Positions 13,411 to 26,106 of a DNA stretch of 64,000 bases are shown one piece after another. Under the pieces are notes generated by a model. That model searched no databases. It worked only from the letters and a program-made list of their open reading frames with translations, and was not told where the DNA came from. The number at the start of each line of letters is the position of its first letter. Position 1 is the stretch's first letter. The stretch spans positions 19,158,001 to 19,222,000 of the forward strand of contig OX597834.1 of NCBI GenBank assembly GCA_951406725.2, written 5' to 3'. The translations under genes were made by a program, and so were the position numbers. The DNA comes from Octopus vulgaris (Eukaryota).

Positions 13411-14296
13411 TCACAACACCAACAGTAGAACCAAATCAGTAAGCAGTTTCTGATAATTTGTTCCATTCACTCCACACATGGCCTCCATGTATAAATTAAC
13501 ACTTAATGTAATCCTATAAGAAAACTTATGAAAATCATTCTATCAATTTCTTCTCTCATATTCGTTATATCTTTCTCTGTTGTTTAAATACAAATCAAAC
13601 AGTGTTAACTAAAGAAATATAAGGCAGTCCAGTTTCATGAAATCTTCGGTTAAACATTGTCATGGAAAACGCATTGCCCCAGAGGATGGGGATGGCGATG
13701 TGATGAAACAGCCACTCTGACTCAACAGGGATAGTGAAATAAGCAGTAAGAGTGATACAGTGAACTAAAGAAAAATTCTAATCTAACTCTATCAATTAAA
13801 TGACACATTTGAACAATTACTGGGGCAAAATCTACAATATCTGAGATTCCTTCATAGCAAAATATTTTCCCATTCACACTCTGCTTATGACAAAGAAACA
13901 ATTTATTTCAAGAAAATATGCTTCACACTACTTCTGCAGCAAACTTAACTCAAAACTAGATTCTTAGGAATGATGTAACTGAAACTTATTACTTTCTCTG
14001 TATAAATTATTGACTCACTTAAAACCATACAGTTATCAACTTTTCTTGTAAACACTTGCTGTTTAACCACCTTCAATTATTATATTGTTATGACTGATAA
14101 GAGGTCTGTCTTCTGGCAATACATAGAAAATGATAAAAAAAACTTCTTTACTTTATTGTTGTGTCTCCTGTATTAATATTTTCTCTCTCCAAAATGAAAA
14201 TAAAACAAATTCTGATGTAGTCATGTATCTAAGATACTGACAAATTTAAAATAACAGGGATAGTGATAGAATGGACTATAGAAGAATTATGATGAC

Positions 14297-14298
<2 letters not shown>

Positions 14299-14351
<53 letters not shown>
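14299..14351. repeat. (TA)n tract abutting the PLE 3' end
   Basis: Direct reading. Confidence 0.95.
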
Positions 14352-14354
<3 letters not shown>

Positions 14355-14469
14355 GATTCAAATGAATATGGTACTTAAATAAGATGCACTAGAATTTTGT
14401 ATGGTGTTATCCATATAAATCCATGGGGTGGTTATAATCAAAAATAAGCAACAAGAATAACTTCGGTAA

Positions 14470-14558
14470 TTTGGTACGATCGGTTCACGCTACATCATTT
14501 TATTAAATATTGTAAGTATTACAACAGTTTTAAAATGTTGAGCAATCATCGGCCATTT
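14470..14558 (-). ncRNA. Degenerate type-I hammerhead in the PLE 3' region
   Basis: Minus strand ATGG-CCGATGA-TTGCT...AGCGT-GAAC-CGATCG-TA-CCA: palindromic stem III, two core deviations. Confidence 0.5.
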
Positions 14559-15020
14559 ATAGAGGTTTTCCATTAATATATAATTTTCATATCAATTGAT
14601 AACATTATAGAGAAGGTAGATATATAGACAAAGATTTCGATTTAAATTTTAAGAACATTTAAATTTAAAATTTATAAATAGATTTTTTAACTCTCTTTGT
14701 TGTTTCTGTGGTTGTAAATTTTGCTGGGGTTAAGAGTTTTTTTATGTTGGATGCTTGTTGTCTGCTACAAATTATTTTTGAGTTTGTTATTAATTGGTTT
14801 GTTCTTGTTGAATGTTGAAGGATTGGGAGGTATCGTTTTGCAGTGTTGATGATGTCATGATTTCTTGGGTTGTGGATGATGACAAAAGGAACGCTTATGA
14901 GTTCATTTTTATTTTTTATTTTTGTGTGTTTCTTTTCCTCTGAGGGTTGTAGTTGGAATGTTTCTTGCTTTGGTGATTGCTGTATCAATTAAACTAGTGG
15001 TATATTTTTGTTCTTTTAAA

Positions 15021-15252
15021 GGCGGTGAGCTGGCAGAAATGTTAGCACGCCGGGCGAAATGCTTTGCGGTATTTCGTCTGCCGTTACGTTCTGAGTTCAA
15101 ATTCCGCCGAGGTTGACTTTGCCTTTCATCCTTTCGGAGTCGATAAATTAAAGTACCAGTTACGGACTGGGGTCGATGTAATCGACTTAATACCTATGTC
15201 TGTCCTTGTTTGTCCCCTCTATGTTTAGCCCCTTGTGGCTAATAAAGAAATA
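15021..15252 (+). mobile_element. Family-B SINE (Meta-domain-like) with 20-bp TSD
   Basis: GGCGGTGAGCTGGCAGAA head, GCCTTTCATCCTTTCGG.GTCGATAAATTAA.GTACC domain; GGTATATTTTTGTTCTTTTA duplicated at 14999-15018 and 15253-15272. Confidence 0.9.
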
Positions 15253-16207
15253 GGTATATTTTTGTTCTTTTAGAAATATTTTTAATTCCTGTAATCTTGT
15301 GATTACTATTGTGCAGATTCTTTTTGCCATATTAAATAGTATGTTTCTTTTGGAAGGTGAGGGACGGGACGAATGAAAGTTCAAATGTCGGTGTGTGTCT
15401 GTAGGTTTGTAGAAGAGGTTTGTTTTTATAGTGTTATTTTCTTTAATTAGAAGTATGTCCAAAAATGATAATTCCTTGGTGTTTTGTTCCATGGTGAATT
15501 TTATTGAAGTAAGTTGTTTAAAACCGAGTTAAATATTCTTAAGTCTTCTTGGTTTTTGGTCTAGAATTTTGGTTCAGTAATTGTCTAAATATCATTTCCA
15601 ATTGATTTTTATTATAAATGGAGAATAATTCATTACATGTTTCCTCTAGTTTGGGAATAAAGTTCGACCTCTAAGGAGTCCATAACAAGTGTTGCATGTG
15701 TGAAAAAAATGAATAAAATGATCTCGGATTAAAAGATTCACAAAGGTCATCTTTTGACAAGAACTCAACAACATATTTGACCATTCCTAAAAATATTCCA
15801 TTTCTTTATTCCTGATAGACTAATCTCTTCTCACTGCCATTTTCAACTACTTTTTGTTTACTTACCTTCTACTTTTTCTTTTTCCTTTTTTCTTCTTTCT
15901 TCTTTTTTTCACATATGCTGTTGTATTTACTTTTTGCATTCTTTTATTAGTTTTTAATATTTTTTATATTAGTTTTTATGCTCTTTATTTTTCATTTTTT
16001 CTATCTTTTATTTTCTATTTTTTATTTTTTATTTCTATACTTCTAAGAAAAAGTCTTTTGCTATATAAAAAGCCTTCTAAACCATAGAATTTCAGTTTGA
16101 AAAGGGCCATCAAAACTCATTAGAGTAACTGTAAAAATTATCATTAAAATAAAAATTATCCTCCCAAAAGGCATTGCTACTCACTTTTTCAGATATATAT
16201 ATGTGTA

Positions 16208-16427
16208 TATGGATCAAAACAGTTTGATTCAAATTTGTTGGTACTCTTGAGTTTCAACCATTTTGAATTTGAAGGACAGAAGTTCAAATTGAAAATGGCC
16301 TTGATGATTAGCATCACTCTTGAAACTCAAGAGTACCAACAAATTTGAATCAAACTGTTTTGATCCATACATGTAATTCCCAATAAATTAGTTGAGAGCC
16401 CTTCTTTCATTTGTCCACTCATACATG

Positions 16428-16430
<3 letters not shown>
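16208..16430 (+). mobile_element. Foldback mini-element with hammerhead-like motif
   Basis: Perfect 50-bp inverted repeat 16208-16257/16320-16369; TGG.C-TTGATGA...GAAA-CTCAAGAG-TA-CCA. Confidence 0.7.
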
Positions 16431-16469
<39 letters not shown>

Positions 16470-16497
16470 ATTTAAAAGCTGCAGAAATTCAACAAAA

Positions 16498-16536
16498 CCT
16501 GTTACTCGGAGTTTCACGTTCCCGTTCGTCGGACAG
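16498..16536 (-). ncRNA. Minimal type-I hammerhead (CCGACGA variant, GUA site)
   Basis: CTGT-CCGACGA-ACG(GGAA)CGT-GAAA-CTCCGAG-TA-ACAG. Confidence 0.65.
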
Positions 16537-16675
16537 TTTTGTTGTTAAAATTGAACCGACAGGACAATTCTATCAAGACTAGTATAAACGTTACACCTTT
16601 AAAAATGGACTTGTTTGATTGGTCCATTTATACTAGTCTTGATAGAATTGTCATATCGGTTCAATTTTAACAAAA

Positions 16676-16713
16676 CTGTCTGACGAACGGGAATGTGAAA
16701 CTCCGAGTGACAG
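16676..16713 (+). ncRNA. Minimal type-I hammerhead (canonical CUGACGA, GUG site)
   Basis: CTGT-CTGACGA-ACG(GGAA)TGT-GAAA-CTCCGAG-TG-ACAG. Confidence 0.65.
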
Positions 16714-16842
16714 GTTTTATTGAATTTCTGCTGCTTTTAAATAAAGCATATTACTCTACCCCTGGTATTTGAGTACTCTTTTTTCCACCTTGTTTCACAT
16801 TTATGTGTTTACTCCGGTATATATATATATATATATATATAT

Positions 16843-17160
16843 GGAGGCGCAATGGCCTAGTGGTTAGGGCAGCAGACTAGCGGTCGTAGGATCGTGGTTT
16901 CGATTCCCAGACCGGGCGTTGTGAGTGTTTATTGAGTGAAAACACCTAAAACTTCACGAGGCTCCTGCAGGGGGTGGTGGCGATCCCTGCTGTACTCTTT
17001 CGCCACAACTTTCTCTCACTCTTTTTTCTGTTGGCCTGCTCGCCTAGCCAGCGGGGTGGCGTCATTTGAAGGCTAAAACAATGCGAAGTGCATTGTGACC
17101 AGCGATGTGTAGCAACATCTGATAGCCTGGTCGGTCACGGTGATCACGGTGATCACGGTG

Positions 17161-17162
<2 letters not shown>
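16843..17162 (+). mobile_element. Family-D tRNA-derived SINE, tail type 1
   Basis: A box TGGCCTAGTGG, B box GGTTTCGATTCCC, ends in tandem CACGGTGAT repeats; inserted in (TA)n. Confidence 0.85.
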
Positions 17163-17196
<34 letters not shown>

Positions 17197-17400
17197 CTTT
17201 TATCTTTTACTTGTTTCAGTCATTAGACTGGGGCCCCATCATGGAGAATTTTTAGTCAACTTAATTGACCCCTGTACTTATTTTTTTAAAAGCTTTGTAC
17301 TTATTCCATCTGTTTTCTTTTGCCAAACGGCTAAGTGACAAGGTTATAAACACACCAGCACCGATTATCAAGCAGTGATGGGATGGGGGACAGGTGCTTG
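17197..17400 (-). mobile_element. Family-A SINE tail, decayed
   Basis: CTTTTACTTGTTTCAGTCATT...AAACACACCAGCACCGATT. Confidence 0.7.
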
Positions 17401-18710
17401 TGTGTGTGTATGTATGCATATTGGTGTGTGTATGTGTCCAGATATATGAGAGAAACATATTGTGTATGAAAAAAGGAGAGGATTAAAGATAAATAGATGA
17501 TGAGCAAAAGAACTGAAAGGAAGGATAAGAGAGGAAAGAGTGATGAAGATAGAGAAAATGAAGTAGTACTGGAGGTGGTGGTGGTGGTCATGGTGGGAAT
17601 GCTGGTGTTAGTAGCATCGGTTGTAATCTAAATGCTTCAGCTAACTCTCCAAATAAAAACAATGTTGTTGTCATGGTCAGTGAATGATTAGTTTCATTTT
17701 ACTGTCGCTTCTGACTGAGGGGGGTTTTTTGTTTTGTCACACAAAGCAAACATATGTTAGAAGGAAAAGAAGAAGCAAAACAACAACAACAACAACACAC
17801 AACAGCCTCCCCCCCACCACCCCACCCCCAATTTATACCTAGCAACAACAACATGAAGACTGAAATATAGAAGAATCATTTTGTATTCAATTATTCAAAC
17901 ATATCTTGCTTGCAGCAAAGCACACACACACACAGACACACACACACATTGTGAGAAATACTCACACACATTCACACTCACATATGACACACTGTATATA
18001 CTTAAGCTAACACGAACAGCAAGCAATGATAATAGGTTTCTACAAAACTGTAGCAGTTAAGTACACTGAGACTAATACAATAAGTTGTGTTTGACTTCAT
18101 CTCCCAGCTTGTTTAGATGATAAAAGCAAGTAAGCAATGTTGTGCAAAGTATTACTTGTGAGACCCGATGTGCTATGTCACTCACTGACCATAACATCAA
18201 AGTCAGCCTTATAAATATGTTACACTATCTTGGTCACAAGTGCTTCAGATACCGTGGCAAAGGATTCTTCTTCATCTCTCTCTCTTGTCTTGCTATCTCT
18301 TTTCTTTACTTTCTTTCTTTACTTGCTTTCTTTTTCGTTTTTTTTTTTTGTTTTGTTTTTTGGTTTTATTTTTATATATATTCTTAGAGTTTGCAGTTCT
18401 TGCAGAAATAACTGGTTTTGGTCTTGCTATATGAGACAAGAATGAAATGAAAAAAAAAAAAAAAAAAAAAAAAGGGTAAGAGAATAATAACCAAGCAGAT
18501 CAGAGGCTCTGACTAATTATTCAACATAACCTGGGCTTTCGAAAAATACAAAAAACAAAAACAAAAAATAAACAAACAGAGAACATGTTGCATAACAAAA
18601 ATATACTAAACAAAAATAAAAGCAAAAAACACAGTTTGTTAATAAAGGTGAGCTGAATGAATACAATATGGAAACTGTATAACAAGATGGAAAATAAAAT
18701 TTAGCACATA

Positions 18711-18761
<51 letters not shown>

Positions 18762-19038
18762 CACACACACACATACACACAAATACATGTAAATATGTAT
18801 ATATAAATATATTGATATATATATAAGTAAATATACACATATATATCTGTATACATGTGTATGTGTGTATATAATATAAAATGGTATAATATGTATGTAT
18901 AAATATATATATATATGTACGTATGTGTGTGTGTATATATATATATATATATGTATGTGTGTATATATATATATATGTATGTATGTATATATATATATAT
19001 AATGTATGTATGTATGTATATATATATGTGTATGTATG

Positions 19039-19081
<43 letters not shown>

Positions 19082-19083
<2 letters not shown>

Positions 19084-19397
19084 GGCCCTGTGCCGGTAGC
19101 ACGTAAAAGCACCATCCGTTCATGTCCGTTGCCAGCCTCGCCTGGCCCCCGTGCCGGTGGCACGTAAAAACACCATCCGTTCGTGGCCATTTTGCCAGCT
19201 CTGTCTGGCACCTGTGCAGGTGGCACGTAAAAAGCACCCACTACACTCACGGAGTGGTTGGCGCTAGGAAGGGCATCCAGCCGTAGAAACACTGCCAAAT
19301 CAGACTGGGCCTGATGAAGCCTTCCGGCTTCACAGACCCCAGTTAAACCGTCCAACCCATGCTAGCATGGAAAGCGGATGCTAAATGATGATGATGA
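19082..19397 (+). mobile_element. Family-C element
   Basis: Three GTGCCGGTGGCACGTAAAA-type units, GGTTGGCGCTAGGAAGGGCATCCAGCC, tail CCATGCTAGCATGGAAAGCGG..(ATG)n. Confidence 0.88.
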
Positions 19398-19426
19398 GGA
19401 TATATATATATATATGTATATATATG

Positions 19427-19792
19427 TAAGCACCATCCGTTCGTGGCTGTTGCCAGCCTCGTCTGGCCCCCGTGCCGGTGGCATGTAAATAGCACCATCC
19501 GATCGTGGCCGTTACCAGCCTCACCTGGCCCCCGTGCTGGTGGCACGTAAAAAGCACCATCTGTCCATTGCCGTTTGCCAGCTCCGTCTGGCACCTGTGT
19601 GGGTGGAACGTAAAAAGCACCCACTACACTCACGGAGTGGTTGGCGTTAGGAAGGGCATCCAGCCGTAGAAACACTGCCAGATCAGATTGGGCCTGATGT
19701 AGCCTTCTGGCTTCACAGACCCCTGTTGAACCGTCCAACCCATGCTAGCATGGAAAGTGGAAGCTAAATGATGATGATGATGATGATGATGA
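19427..19792 (+). mobile_element. Family-C element, adjacent second copy
   Basis: Same organisation as 19082-19397. Confidence 0.88.
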
Positions 19793-20344
19793 TTATGTAC
19801 ACATAACTATGGAAACTTTGCTAGTTCTCTCCATAACTAGAGAGAATGATATTTTTGACTGTTCCTTGGAAAAGATCTTATTCAAGTTTCTGATCTGTTG
19901 AGTGATCTAATCTAAGTGGCAAAGATCTTAAGTAAACCTCATATGCAAATCTAGGCAGCAAGAACTTACATCATCTCAACAAGAACAACACACACTCACA
20001 TGCACGTGTGCACGTGCACACACACATACACTCACACACACACACACACACACACACCCACATCCTCCACTCATGCACACACATACAGTTAGGTATGTGT
20101 GCTTTGCATAAGTATTAACACACGAGACACTCCCCCACCCACACAACTGCATAAGTGCTCATGTATGCATACAGATACACACGTGCACTATATACATAAA
20201 TATGTATACACAGATATATGTGATCATTGTCTCAACACAACGTATACACCTGCACAAATACATATGCACGTACACACACATTATGCATATGATAAATAAA
20301 GGGGAAAAAAAGAATAAAACAATGTGTTGATATCCACATGCAAG

Positions 20345-21045
20345 TACACACACACACACACACGTTCACACACACACACACACACACACACGTTCACACA
20401 CACGTTCACACACACACACGTTCACACACACACATGTTCACACACACAGACGTTCACATACACACACGTTCACACACACACACACACGTTCACACACACA
20501 CACGTTCACACACACACACGTTCACACGCACACACGTTCACACACGCACGCGTTCACACACGCACGCGTTCACACACACACGTTCACACACACACACACA
20601 CGTTCACACACACACACACACGTTCAAACACACACACGTTCACACACACACACACGTTCACACACACACACGTTCACACACACACACACGTTCACACACA
20701 CACACACGTTCACACACACACACGTTCACACACACACACACGTTCACACACACACACACACGTTCACACATACACACACACACGTTCACACATACACACA
20801 CACACACTTTCACACACACAAACACACGTTCACACACACACACACGTTCACACACACACATGTTCACACACACATACGTTCACACACACACGTTCACACA
20901 CACACACACACACACATGTTCACACACTCTCTCACAGACGTTCACACACACACACACACACACGTTCACACACACACACACACACGTTCACACACGTTCA
21001 CATACACACACAGACGTTCACACACTCTCTCACAGACGTTCACAT
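20345..21045. repeat. (CA)n-CGTT higher-order minisatellite
   Basis: CA runs punctuated regularly by CGTT across about 700 bp. Confidence 0.95.
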
Positions 21046-21237
21046 GAACACATACATACACACAATTCACATAAGATGAAAGAAATGCACTGAGACCTAA
21101 GAAACCGACATTCACCCTTACGTGACCATACACAACAATTACATTAAAATCATCTACAAGAAGTCTAGGGACTCTGGTAATTGTGCCCTGATAAATATTA
21201 TTGTTGAATTCTCTTTATAAGAAATACAACTCACACC

Positions 21238-21269
<32 letters not shown>

Positions 21270-22249
21270 CAACAACATCACAACAAGCACCATCCAATCG
21301 TGTGTACCTGACATATCTGAATTCCCTCATCTTATTGTTATGTACTGATTTTTCCATCACCGCTATTGCTCTTATATCTGACAAACCCACAATATATTAC
21401 CTTCTCACCCTTTTTTTTTCTTTCCTTTTTCAACCCCAACCACCAACCTTGCTATGGAACTGTTTTTGCCAACTCGTTTCATGACTGGAATTTATTAGTT
21501 GCTTTACTTCCCTCGAAACACCACAGACTTCTACAATCTCCAATGCTATCATCCTTGCTAACTGTTTGTCTCCCTAGGAACCAACCATTAAATATGCTAT
21601 CACTGTTACCAGTCACTATGACAAATTACTGTTTTCCTTGCAGCCCAAGGAGGGTAGCTTCTATGTAATCACTGAACCTACTAGACATAGCAGTTAAATT
21701 GTTTTTCAGTTGCATCATAGAAATTGCACCCATAGCAAACATCATAGAAACTGCAGCCAAATCTCTTTTAAATCAAAAACAGCTGATGAAAGAATCAGCA
21801 AGTAGTTATTCAGTTTGCTAGAAATAGCAACTAAATTTCCCATAGATCACAAGGCCTCTATGAGCTTGTTTTTTTTTTTTAGAAATAGCAGCTAAATCTC
21901 TTTTCAATTGCAACAGCTGATGAGACAGCCTCAACATGGTTGCTTAACCTGTTACAAGGAAAGTACTGCCACATGGTTGCACGACTTGCTAAATATAACA
22001 CCCAAATCTCACAGAAATTGAACTCTAGCATTTTACAATATGGAAAAGCTACATGTGGTAATGAACATCAGATACTCTTCAACACATTAACTTCCAAAAC
22101 CTGTTACTGGAACTTATCGGTGATGCCACATATTTCCACTCTTACTGCATACGGTTTGATTACAAGCAAATGTTATTGTATTTTTGTGTTTTTACACTAT
22201 TTCATAATTAAATTTAGGTACTTAGCCCTCATGCTATATTAAACTGGGT

Positions 22250-22604
22250 TGCATAACTAGCACCCATGCTGGTGGCGTGTAAAAAGCACCTTTTGAGCAT
22301 TGGGCCTCACAGAAGTAATGACAAATGACTGAGACATTTGATAATATGCTGTGCTTTGGATGAAGATCCATCAAGCCAATTGAAACTGTAGCCATGGCAG
22401 ATATTGGTGTCATGCAGTTGGCACCCATGCTGGTGTCATGCAAAAGCACCCACTACACTCTTGGAGTGGTTGGTATTAGGAAGGGTATCCAGCCATAGAA
22501 ACCATGCTAAATCAGACTGGAGTCTGGTGCAGCCCTGATCAAACTGTCCAACCCATGCCAGAGTAGATAACGAATGTTAAATGATGATGATGATAATGAT
22601 GATG
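22250..22604 (+). mobile_element. Older family-C element
   Basis: CACCCACTACACTCTTGGAGTGGTTGGTATTAGGAAGGGTATCCAGCC and (ATG)n tail. Confidence 0.75.
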
Positions 22605-23909
22605 AAACCATTTCAAAGATACGGAATGAAATATTCTCTCAAATTATGAAAATGTACTTGCTGGTGGTACATATGGTAGCTGTGCGAAGTTTGTGATGAA
22701 CCACTGGCAGTAGATGTGGTGGTAGTTAATGTTTTAAAAGACATAACGATCACAACAGGAATGTCATTGGTTTTAGGTCAGCACAATCAGAGTTAAGACA
22801 ACAACGGCACCAACTGCACCCATAAGTGCAGGTGTGGCTGTGTGGTTAAGAAGTTTGCTTCACTTCCGCATGATTCCTGGGTTCATCTCACTTGCAAGAC
22901 ATCTTTAGCAAGCCTCAAGTTAACCAATGCCTGTGAATGAAGTCTGGTAGATGGAAGATGTGAGGAGGCCTGTTGTACATACATGCACACACACACACGT
23001 GTTCACATGGTAAGTTTTTATCAGTGTGGAGAGATAACAGTTCATTTGATGGAATCCATAAAACAACATATTTGTAGCAGAGCTACATATTACATAGTAA
23101 TATGCGAGTCAATCTTCACAGCAGATGAATATATCAATGAGGTGTCTAGCCTTGCTTTGATACACTAGCCTCGCTTTGATACGATACAGCAGCCTCGTTC
23201 TGAGACACTAGCCTCGTTATGAGCTACACAGTAGAAAACTCTCAGTTCCTGCCAGGTCTCTGTCAAAGACACGTCTTCTCTGTAGCTCCATGCACAATCT
23301 CCCACGTGCAACTCACATATCCATTCACCTCCACACAAGATATATGGCCCCTAAACACAGATATTTTATCACACACCCATTCTCAAAATGACGGTTCTCA
23401 TTACACACATGCATACATACAGTAATACAAATATTATATGTTATTTCTTTCAGTGCAAAAAGCAAAAATCAAAACTTTCTTTGTATGTAAACACACACGT
23501 TTTTGAATCATTCTTCATGCTTCCACCACAAAAGGTGAATACAGAATAAACAATATATTTATACTCAAAAACGTCTTACGGTGATTCATACTATTTTTCC
23601 TTAAAATAACACACACTTGAACAGCCAACAACAGTCGCTATATATTTGTCAGTGTTCAGGCTGATGACACTGAATAATGCCCCTCCCTTCAAAATTGCTT
23701 GCCTTGTACTTAAATTAGAAACCACAATCAGCATTTTTATCTTCTTTTATTTGTTTCAGTCACTGGACTGTGGCCATGCTGGGGCACTGCCTTGATGGGT
23801 TTTTAGTTGAATAAATCTACTGCAGTACTTCTATCTAAGTTTCATTCTTATTTTATCAGTTATTTTTGCTGAACCACTAAGGCATAAAATAGCCAACACT
23901 TTTTGTCAA

Positions 23910-24063
23910 GGAGTGGCTGTGTGGTAAGTCGCTTGTTTACCAACCACATGGTTCTGGGTTCAGTCCCACTGCCTGGCACCTTGGGCAAGTGTCTTCTACT
24001 ATAGCCTTGGGCCAACCAAAGCCTTGTGAGTGGATTTGGTAGATGGAAACTGAAAGAACCCCG

Positions 24064-24104
<41 letters not shown>

Positions 24105-24320
24105 CATGTATGTTTGTGTCTGTGTTTGTCCCCCTAGCATTGCTTGACAACCGATGCTGGTGTGTTTATGTCCCCGTCACTTAGCGGTTCGGCAAAAGAA
24201 ACCGATAGAATAAGTACTGGGCTTACAAAGAAATAAGTCCTGGGGTCGAGTTGCTCGATTAAAGGCAGTGCTCTAGCATGGCCGCAGTCAAATGAGTGAA
24301 ACAAGTAAAAGAGTAAAGAG
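23910..24320 (+). mobile_element. Family-A SINE, full length (tRNA-like head, CORE-like segment, internal microsatellite, LINE-like tail)
   Basis: GGAGTGGCTGTGTGGTAAG..GGGTTCAGTCCC..GCACCTTGGGCAAGT..(TA)n..GCATGGCCGCAGTCAAATGAGTGAAACAAGTAAAAGAG; many copies in window. Confidence 0.9.
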
Positions 24321-24991
24321 AAAGTGGGAGAGGCAAATAACACACACACATGATGAGCTTCAACATAGTCTCATCTACTGAAATTACTCGCAAGGCATTG
24401 GTCAACATGGGGCTGCAGTAAAAGACGCTTGCCCTAAAGTGCTGCCACACAATGGTACTGAACCTGAGACCATGTGGATGCAAAGTGAACTTCTAAAACC
24501 ACACAGCTGTACCAACGTCTGTGATATCTTTCCAAAGATACCTTTTGATATGAAGCTATCATATTATCATCATCATCAGAGGATAAATTCAAACAGGCTG
24601 ATTTTTCCACCAATCAACCGGACCATCAAATGATCTACCAGCCAACCAACCAACCAACCAACCAACCGGCCAACCAACCAATAGTTTTTTTTTTGTTTCT
24701 TTTTCGAGATTATTTCTTTTTGTTGCTTTCTCCAATGATTTGTAAAAACAGTATTGTTTGGGACTCCCATGCTTGATTAGATGACAGAATAAGATAATTA
24801 GTTAGTAGGTTTCTATGTTACAAAGGGGAGGAAAAAAAAAAGAAATAAGGCTTCAATGTGATGTTGCTGTATGTGGAGCCTGGTTATCCTTGAAATGAAA
24901 AGCAGCCCCTACCCCACTGACTCGCCCAATAAAAAACAAACAAACAAAAAAGCAAAAAATAAAAATAAAAGAAATAGCCAACATAATAAAG

Positions 24992-24993
<2 letters not shown>

Positions 24994-25027
<34 letters not shown>

Positions 25028-25190
25028 TAAAAATAATAATAATAATTATAATAATAATAATAATTATAATAATAATAATAATTATAATAATAATAATAAT
25101 AATAATCATAATAATAATGATAAAAATAATAATAATAATAATTATAATAATAATAATAATAATAATAATAATTGTGATAATAATTATAAT
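24994..25190. repeat. (AAT)n microsatellite
   Basis: Direct reading; source of poly-I/Y pseudo-ORFs. Confidence 0.96.
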
Positions 25191-25278
25191 AAAAAAAAGG
25201 AACAATTTTTGATTGGGATAAATAAGCTGTCAGAATGGTGAATGTCAATCAGTTGTTTACTGAAACTGGGTTTATAAC

Positions 25279-25314
<36 letters not shown>

Positions 25315-25637
25315 CAAGAACTCTATATAACTAGATTAATAAAAGTTATCTAAGGACCTGGTCCTCTTATCTGTTTGTATCACTGACATCTGATTCTTTC
25401 TGCTTCTGGTTTTCCTCTTATTCTGCCTTGTTCTCTCCTTTTTATTCTTCATTCACTTTATTTTTTTTTGGTAACCCCCGCCCCTCCTCCCACTTCCGAC
25501 GTTTCTCTTCGTCTTTGTTTCTCTCACCATCCGGCTCTCCGTCTCTATCTACTTGTTGCTCCCTTCGTTTGCCTCTCTTCATATAACTTCTCCGATAGAT
25601 CTCTCAATAACTCCTCAGTGACTATTTTCCCACTCTT

Positions 25638-25693
<56 letters not shown>

Positions 25694-25754
25694 GCCCATC
25701 CCCTGTCACAACCTCTTTCTCCCTTTTATTTAGCTTCCCTATATTCATTTAGCT

Positions 25755-25820
25755 TTAAATCCTTAAATCCTTAAAAATGTTTCAGCCCGAAGGCTGCGGC
25801 CATGCTGGGGCACCACCGCT
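25755..25820 (-). mobile_element. Short 3'-tail fragment related to the family-A tail, with different terminal repeat
   Basis: TTAAATCCTTAAATCCTTAAAA followed by TGTTTCAGCCCGAAGGCTGCGGCCATGCTGGGGCACCACC. Confidence 0.5.
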
Positions 25821-26106
25821 GAATAAATTATTTTTAATTATGGATCGGTTCAGCTTTCTTTATTTAAGCTTTCTTTATCTTTTTTAACCATAGCTTTCTC
25901 TACATTTTCATCATCATCTCACTCTCTCTCTCTCTCACAGCCTGTCTGTCTATCTCTCTCCTTCTTTCCCTCCTATTCTGCATGTGAACTCACACACACA
26001 CATACACACAGACATGCACAACCACACATTCCTGGACTAGATAGGGCATTCTGTTTTTGAGCAAAACACTTCATCTGACATTGCTCTACGATCCCTTCAA
26101 CACCTG

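Larger units (their letters stand above)
14352..15700 (-). pseudogene. Penelope-like retroelement remnant (RT C-terminus/thumb, decayed endonuclease end, pLTR)
   Basis: HATLVMDSLE, WK*YLDN, IKFTMEQNTKELSFLDILL..TNLFYKPTDTHRHLNFHSSRP..KRNI match PLE RT motifs (A.L.M..LE, RY.DD, I.FT.E....L.FLD, Y.KPT....L.F.S.HP); interrupted by a SINE. Confidence 0.85.
16467..16818. mobile_element. Foldback mini-element with two inverted minimal hammerheads
   Basis: Arms 16467-16588/16627-16745, (TA)n on both sides, hammerhead motif in each arm. Confidence 0.8.

Noticed and set aside
16843-16920. tRNA gene
   Set aside because: A and B boxes are present, but the sequence continues into a multi-copy SINE body and no clean cloverleaf is evident
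18388-18481. Exon between a pyrimidine tract and GG|GTAAGA
   Set aside because: Splice-like signals arise within low-complexity poly(T)/poly(A) sequence and there is no coding support
19120-19180. HDV-like or pistol ribozyme in family-C units
   Set aside because: Superficial similarity only; the nested double pseudoknot and conserved catalytic positions could not be assigned
20324-21093. 251-aa His/Thr-rich ORFs
   Set aside because: Open only because the CA/CGTT repeat lacks stop codons
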